Virus record (IMG/VR): IMGVR_UViG_3300022555_002641
Coordinates: 57,683-121,682 of that record
Source of the DNA: a virus
DNA length: 64,000 nt
Direction: 5' to 3' (one strand)
Shown here one piece after another: positions 59,729 through 64,000 of this stretch. The first letter of the stretch is position 1; each line of letters begins with the position of its first letter. The position numbers and the translations under genes were made by a program. The notes under the pieces were generated by a model that worked only from the letters and a program-made list of their open reading frames with translations, was not told the origin of the DNA and ran no database searches.

Positions 59729-59802
59729 TACTCCCACACGGACTCGAACCGAGATATAATCTGTTTAAGAGATTAATGACTAACCAATTGCATCATGGGA
59801 GC
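59729..59802 (-). tRNA. tRNA-Leu(UAA), short variable loop (type I)
   Basis: GCTCCCA/TGGGAGT-A; AATCT CTTAAAC AGATT; variable ATAT; T arm CTCGG TTCGAGT CCGTG (one mismatch). Confidence 0.82.
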
Positions 59803-59810
59803 AATTTTTG

Positions 59811-59892
59811 TGCCGCTGAACGGACTCGAACCGATACATCTTCCGATATGAGTTTCTTAGGCTCACGTGGCTACCAATTACACCACAGCGGC
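59811..59892 (-). tRNA. tRNA-Leu(AAG), long variable arm
   Basis: GCCGCTG/CAGCGGC-A; TGAGC CTAAGAA ACTCA (C31.A39 mismatch); variable TATC GGAA GATG. Confidence 0.82.
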
Positions 59893-59898
59893 AATTTG

Positions 59899-59970
59899 TA
59901 CTCTCACTCAGACTCGAACTGAGACACCATCCTTTTGAGGGATGTACGACTACCATTACGTCATGAGAGC
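59899..59970 (-). tRNA. tRNA-Leu(CAA), short variable loop (type I)
   Basis: GCTCTCA/TGAGAGT-A; CATCC CTCAAAA GGATG; variable GTGT; T arm CTCAG TTCGAGT CTGAG. Confidence 0.88.
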
Positions 59971-59978
59971 AAAAAATG

Positions 59979-60064
59979 TAGCGAGTGTGGGGGTCGAACC
60001 CACAAGAGCACAGAGGCTCACGGACTTTTAAGGACCGCATGTTTGCCAGTTTCATCAACTCGCC
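59979..60064 (-). tRNA. tRNA-Leu(UAA), long variable arm
   Basis: GGCGAGT/ACTCGCT-A; CGGTC CTTAAAA GTCCG; variable GAGC...GCTC; T arm GTGGG TTCGACC CCCAC. Confidence 0.88.
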
Positions 60065-60092
60065 ATTTTTAAATATTTCAAAGAACACAAAC

Positions 60093-60125
60093 AAAAAACC
60101 CCCAGTCTTTCGACTGGGGGTTTTT
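60093..60125 (-). terminator. Attenuator terminator of the Leu operon
   Basis: Minus strand AAAAACCCCCAGTC-GAAA-GACTGGGGGTTTTTT, 28 nt upstream of the first tRNA. Confidence 0.9.
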
Positions 60126-60150
60126 CATGATAGGGTTAAAGGTAACCACT

Positions 60151-60240
60151 TTAACACATCTGTATAACTCTCCCAGTCCTGTTGCTTTGTAACAATAGGT
60201 TGTTGAGGAGAAGTACCAGTGTATTAATGTTGTTTTTCAT
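60151..60240 (-). CDS. Leu-sensing leader peptide MKNNINTLVLLLNNLLLQSNRTGRVIQMC
   Basis: Leu codons CTG,CTT,CTC,CTC,CTA,TTG,TTA (all six) in codons 8-17; GACTGGG (60178-60172) is complementary to the terminator 5-prime arm. Confidence 0.88.
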   Translation of the reverse strand: MKNNINTLVLLLNNLLLQSNRTGRVIQMC

Positions 60241-60245
60241 AATGC

Positions 60246-60273
60246 TATATATTAATATTTTTTATCAAAGTTT
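60246..60273 (-). promoter_or_regulatory. Putative phage promoter of the Leu operon (AAACTTT...AATATATA)
   Basis: Same motifs recur upstream of other genes in the window; ends 5 nt before the leader ATG. Confidence 0.55.
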
Positions 60274-60297
60274 GCTATTTTTGAAAATTTATTTTAA

Positions 60298-60438
60298 TTA
60301 TTTAAAAAAAGTTACATAAGCAGTGAATAAAGTTCCAGCTACCAGTACGGTTGCTAATATTATTACAGCCCACATACTTAACAAAGTATCTCTATCACCT
60401 TTCCAAAAATAATCATACTTTGCAATAAATTTATTCAT
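60298..60438 (-). CDS. 46-aa single-TM protein (not in ORF track)
   Basis: MNKFIAKYDYFWKGDRDTLLSMWAVIILATVLVAGTLFTAYVTFFK. Confidence 0.55.
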   Translation of the reverse strand: MNKFIAKYDYFWKGDRDTLLSMWAVIILATVLVAGTLFTAYVTFFK

Positions 60439-60457
60439 ATTTTTATTTTTAAAAAAT

Positions 60458-60559
60458 CCCCGTTGTGCTTAGCCCTCAACTGCGATTAACCCATACAGCA
60501 TGGTTTCGGTATAAGGCGAATCTATTTCAAGATTCCTGTGAGCTTTTAGCACTTCGGGT
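60458..60559 (-). ncRNA. Candidate structured RNA / 5-prime leader
   Basis: Closing helices CCCG/CGGG and GTGCT/AGCAC, inner hairpins GAATCT/AGATTC and TTATAC/GTATGG; TATATTTG box at 60581-60588. Confidence 0.45.
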
Positions 60560-60611
60560 AACTTTCATTCATTTGAACTGCAAATATACAACTATTTTTT
60601 AAATAAAAAAA

Positions 60612-61136
60612 TTATTTACCAAAATTTTTCTTATTGGTTAAATTCTTCAAATTTAATTTTTCATTGGCTGGCGGTGGTGGAGGTGGTGGTGGGACTTCTG
60701 TTGAAGCCGCTGCGGGGGCTGCTGGTGCTGGAGCTGCTGGTGCTGGAGTTGCTGGTGCCTGAGTTGCGCCTGATTGTGGTGCGGGAGATGCTGGTGCCAT
60801 AGGAGTTCCATCAGCATTGACTTTTGGTAATGGGGCCTGAATAGTATTTGGGTTGGGGGTTGCCAATGATGCAATATCTTGAGGTAAAAATGAGGTTGTG
60901 GACGGTACAGCCTTACAATAATTAATTAATTCGTTTTTAAATTCCTCATTTTTCAATAAATCACCAATTGTTATCATTGGACATTTATCAGCACTTGCGA
61001 TAAAACTTTCACTACCAATTTTATCAATTGTTTCAAAAAACTGTCCACCAAGTGCGATATCATCATTTGTAACCACTCCATTGTATCGCTCACTATGATA
61101 GTTAATATAAATTCTTGCTTTATCAAGATTTGTCAT
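60612..61136 (-). CDS. Hypothetical protein with Pro/Ala-rich C-terminus
   Basis: ATGA-coupled start at 61136. Confidence 0.65.
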   Translation of the reverse strand: MTNLDKARIYINYHSERYNGVVTNDDIALGGQFFETIDKIGSESFIASADKCPMITIGDLLKNEEFKNELINYCKAVPSTTSFLPQDIASLATPNPNTIQAPLPKVNADGTPMAPASPAPQSGATQAPATPAPAAPAPAAPAAASTEVPPPPPPPPANEKLNLKNLTNKKNFGK

Positions 61137-61390
61137 ACATCTCTGGTCTTTGGTGATACGAAACAAATATTAACACCTTTTGATTTTTTCAATTTATTAA
61201 GTGCTTTCTTTTCCTCATTCAGAAATTTTATAACAGGCGATGATATATTATTTACTGGAACTAAAGAATCTATGGAACCTTCGTCCATGCCGATTTGGTT
61301 GAAGAATATTAAATCATCTTCACTAACCGCCAGACTTTCCAATAGAAAGTCAAGTTTCTGTTGAAATTCCTTGATTGTTATAGGTTTCAT
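61133..61390 (-). CDS. Hypothetical protein
   Basis: Coupled ORF. Confidence 0.6.
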   Translation of the reverse strand: MKPITIKEFQQKLDFLLESLAVSEDDLIFFNQIGMDEGSIDSLVPVNNISSPVIKFLNEEKKALNKLKKSKGVNICFVSPKTRDV

Positions 61391-61593
61391 AATTCTTCAA
61401 CTCCGCTGCATCCTGTAGGAAAATTTCGATGTTCATCCAATCTCGAATGGTCAATATCGATGTACGGTATGACCTTATCACCCTCTTTAAATAATCTTAT
61501 TTTTGCTGGGTATGCATCGTCACCAATTCTGATGAAAACTTCTTGCTTGGCTGGAATGCCATGCACCTGATCTTTTAACTCATCTATTCTCAT
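61387..61593 (-). CDS. Hypothetical protein
   Basis: Coupled ORF, start MRIDELK. Confidence 0.6.
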   Translation of the reverse strand: MRIDELKDQVHGIPAKQEVFIRIGDDAYPAKIRLFKEGDKVIPYIDIDHSRLDEHRNFPTGCSGVEEL

Positions 61594-61804
61594 ATATTTT
61601 AAATTTAGTTTGTTTAATAAATAATTGAATATAAGGAAATGATAGGCATATGCACATTCCAACAAGCCCACCACCTAACATAGAAAAAAAATATGTAGAA
61701 AGTGACCAAAATGTTACTGGTAAAATATCGGCTGATAGCAATGAACATAATAACCCGAACAATGTAAAAAACACTATAATTACTCCGTAGATAAAATTTT
61801 TCAT
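61580..61804 (-). CDS. Small membrane protein
   Basis: Two TM helices. Confidence 0.6.
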   Translation of the reverse strand: MKNFIYGVIIVFFTLFGLLCSLLSADILPVTFWSLSTYFFSMLGGGLVGMCICLSFPYIQLFIKQTKFKIYENR

Positions 61805-61898
61805 AGTGTCAATTTTTTAATAAGTTCTTCAAAAGTTCCTTCCCAAACTGGGGTGCTATTTTTTGGATTGCAAAATGAATAAATCCTCCAGAACCGTT

Positions 61899-62102
61899 TC
61901 ATGATTTAAATATTTTGTTTAATTTATTTTTTCGTTCTTCTTTTAATTTTTCACACCACGGTGGGGCGGGGGATTTTTTGGTTCGTAATGCATAAGTTCC
62001 AACAAATTTTTCTCTACAATATAATTCAAATGTCCAGTCGCCATTTGGAGTAATCCGTTCACTCGGTACCCAACTATGCAATTTACATTTTTCGCAATCC
62101 AT
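61899..62102 (-). CDS. Small Cys-rich protein
   Basis: CxxC...C...PPWC; tag ERKNKLNKI. Confidence 0.65.
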   Translation of the reverse strand: MDCEKCKLHSWVPSERITPNGDWTFELYCREKFVGTYALRTKKSPAPPWCEKLKEERKNKLNKIFKS

Positions 62103-63654
62103 TGATTCTTGTATATTGTTGTAATCGTGAAACAAATTCATCCCTACCAATAATTTCTGCGATATCAGTTACGTGCGGCCCTCGATTGGCTCCAACTACA
62201 AGTAATCTCAATGGTGCCAATAACCTACCAGACTGCATATTAGCAGTGGCAAGAAAATTATCGATAAAAGATTGTAGTGATTCTTTATTGAATTCTTTCA
62301 ATGTTGTAAGTTGACTCAAAAACAAACTGATTACAAACCCACTATCCATCTTCCAAATTTTATCGATCATTTCTTGTTCATATGTTTGTGGAGAAAAGAA
62401 GAAGAAATCAGATTCTTTCCATAAGTCTGGTAGCAGTACAACTCTTTCACGAATAAGATGAACTATTTTCAAAAGGAATTCATTTTCATCAGTTGGTGAA
62501 TTGAAAGGTGTAAGAGTATTAATAGCCATCCCATGTTCGCCAATACATCCATGATCGCCTAATTGCCCAGATAAATAATAAGCTAATTCCTCATCGGTTT
62601 TATTAAGAAGATGTTTTTGATTAAACCATAACGCTTTCTTTGGATCGAATCGGCAATCAGCCTTAACAATACGATCTAATGAGAAAATATCGATAAGTTC
62701 TTGCATGGTGTATAATTCCTGAGTTGTTCCAGAATTCCATCCAAGCAGCGCAAGTGTATTAACTACAGCTTCTGGAAGATATCCTCGTTCTGAGCAACCC
62801 AAATATTTTTCACCAGTTTGCGGATCAATCCATGGGAGCATGTACGCTGGGAATCCAAATTTTTCACCATCCCTTTTATTGAATTTCCCCTGACCTTCGG
62901 GTTTAAGAATCAATGGAAGATGTGCGAAAACAGGATGTTCCCACCCCATAAGTTTATAAAGTAAAATATGAATTGGGGTTGATGGTAACCATTCATTTCC
63001 ACGTATTACATGAGAAATTTGCATCAAATGATCATCAACAATATTTGCAAAATGATATGTTGGAAACCCGTCAGATTTATATAGGATTTTATCGTCCAAC
63101 GTTGAAGAATTCCATGATACTTCCCCTGCGATTTCATCAGTGAATGTAATTATTTCATTTTCTGGAACTTTAAGACGAAATACACAATCGGCACCACTTT
63201 CAATAAGTTTATCAACTTCTTTTTGAGATAATGTCAAACTGTTTTTGAATTGCATTCGGTTGGCTGCCGAATATTTGAAATGCTCATTTTCTTCACGAAG
63301 CTTAGCTAATTCTTTTGGGGTATCGAATGCAATATAAGCACCACCCTTCTTATAGAGTTCCAAGATATTACTTGTGTACCAAACGCCTCGTTCCGATTGC
63401 CTGTACGGCCCGTATGCACCCTTACCGATAGCAGGGCTTTCATCAAATTTTATTCCAACCCAATTCAAAGAATCGATTATATATTTTTCGGCATTAGGCA
63501 CCAATCTTTCCTGATCAGTATCTTCAATTCTCAAAATGATATCACCACCATTCTTTTTAGCAAAAAGGTAGTTGAACAGGGCTGTTCTAACTCCACCAAT
63601 GTGAAGCGGTCCTGTTGGGCTTGGGGCGAATCTTACTCGTACTTTATTAATCAT
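62083..63654 (-). CDS. gltX: Glutamyl-tRNA synthetase
   Basis: VRVRFAPSPTGPLHIGG, RIEDTD, GPYRQSER, PTYHFANIVDDH, HVIRG.EW, KFNKR (KMSKS-like). Confidence 0.96.
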   Translation of the reverse strand: MINKVRVRFAPSPTGPLHIGGVRTALFNYLFAKKNGGDIILRIEDTDQERLVPNAEKYIIDSLNWVGIKFDESPAIGKGAYGPYRQSERGVWYTSNILELYKKGGAYIAFDTPKELAKLREENEHFKYSAANRMQFKNSLTLSQKEVDKLIESGADCVFRLKVPENEIITFTDEIAGEVSWNSSTLDDKILYKSDGFPTYHFANIVDDHLMQISHVIRGNEWLPSTPIHILLYKLMGWEHPVFAHLPLILKPEGQGKFNKRDGEKFGFPAYMLPWIDPQTGEKYLGCSERGYLPEAVVNTLALLGWNSGTTQELYTMQELIDIFSLDRIVKADCRFDPKKALWFNQKHLLNKTDEELAYYLSGQLGDHGCIGEHGMAINTLTPFNSPTDENEFLLKIVHLIRERVVLLPDLWKESDFFFFSPQTYEQEMIDKIWKMDSGFVISLFLSQLTTLKEFNKESLQSFIDNFLATANMQSGRLLAPLRLLVVGANRGPHVTDIAEIIGRDEFVSRLQQYTRINGLRKM

Positions 63655-63693
63655 CTTCTCCAACACTTGAAAAAATTACTATTCCACCCATAA

Positions 63694-63831
63694 TTAAGGC
63701 TGCTCCAGCGGCATCGTGGGCTGCGGATGTCCAATTTCGTACATGATAGTGCCTTGAATAAAAAATCCGATAATGAGTGTAATAACACAGAGAACGGCAA
63801 AATATGCCAATTTGATAAAAAGTTTGTTCAT
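63694..63831 (-). CDS. Small membrane protein (possible T-run frameshift; the alternative frame ends at the gltX start)
   Basis: MNKLFIKLAYFAVLCVITLIIGFF... Confidence 0.45.
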   Translation of the reverse strand: MNKLFIKLAYFAVLCVITLIIGFFIQGTIMYEIGHPQPTMPLEQP

Positions 63832-64000
63832 AGTTTTTTATTTTACGTGACCTTTTCGTTTAAGATATTCTTTGTTTTTGATTTTAGATTAAACATTTGA
63901 TTAATTGAAAACAAAATTACATACTATTTTTGGAATAAAAAAATTAAAATGAGAAAAAAATGACTTTTTTCTTATAATATATACTTATACTAAAAAATGA

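Noticed and set aside
58647-59802. TAG/TAA anticodon tRNAs as stop-codon suppressors
   Set aside because: Anticodons UAG and UAA read CUA and UUA (Leu); suppressors would need CUA, UUA or UCA anticodons.
59659-60167. ORF-track proteins at 59659-59922, 59780-60094, 59985-60167 (and 58678-58902)
   Set aside because: They overlap well-formed tRNA genes and are chance open frames in GC-richer DNA.
62083-63900. Glu-sensing analogue of the Leu operon around gltX
   Set aside because: GluRS is Glu-rich; no Glu-codon leader, attenuator or tRNA-Glu in the window.
1-64000. Genome-wide stop-codon reassignment
   Set aside because: Genes are full length under code 11; TGA ends many genes (ATGA overlaps) and TAG ends several (45269, tnpB, HNH).

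Overview
AT-rich, densely coded fragment of a jumbo/huge dsDNA phage genome (T4-like capsid/portal-related fragments, tail-fibre-like genes, NAD-dependent ligase, many short orphan ORFs). The standard genetic code fits, and the host is most likely Bacteroidota (recurrent TAnnTTTG promoter boxes, a T9SS-CTD-like ORF, ADSI-repeat lipoprotein). It carries many translation and metabolic genes (def, RF1-like factor with an in-frame UGA, GluRS, AsnRS-like catalytic domain, clpP, purA, panD, csp), a TnpB element with IS607-like end repeats, GIY-YIG/HNH endonucleases and an ABC/OmpA/Gsp-synthase envelope operon. The standout is a minus-strand leucine-rescue operon (60240->57089). It has three parts: a 29-aa leader peptide containing all six Leu codons with a terminator/antiterminator, seven tRNA-Leu genes covering all six Leu anticodons (three lack the long variable arm), and a 511-aa minimal LeuRS that lacks the CP1 editing and C-terminal domains and contains no leucine residue. 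Other notable signals are a shared C-terminal R-x-x-K-[LIM]-x-x-[LI] tag on about 15 mostly unrelated ORFs and an approximately 310-nt nested-helix ncRNA candidate at 52023-52336. All calls are by eye from motifs; no database searches were run.
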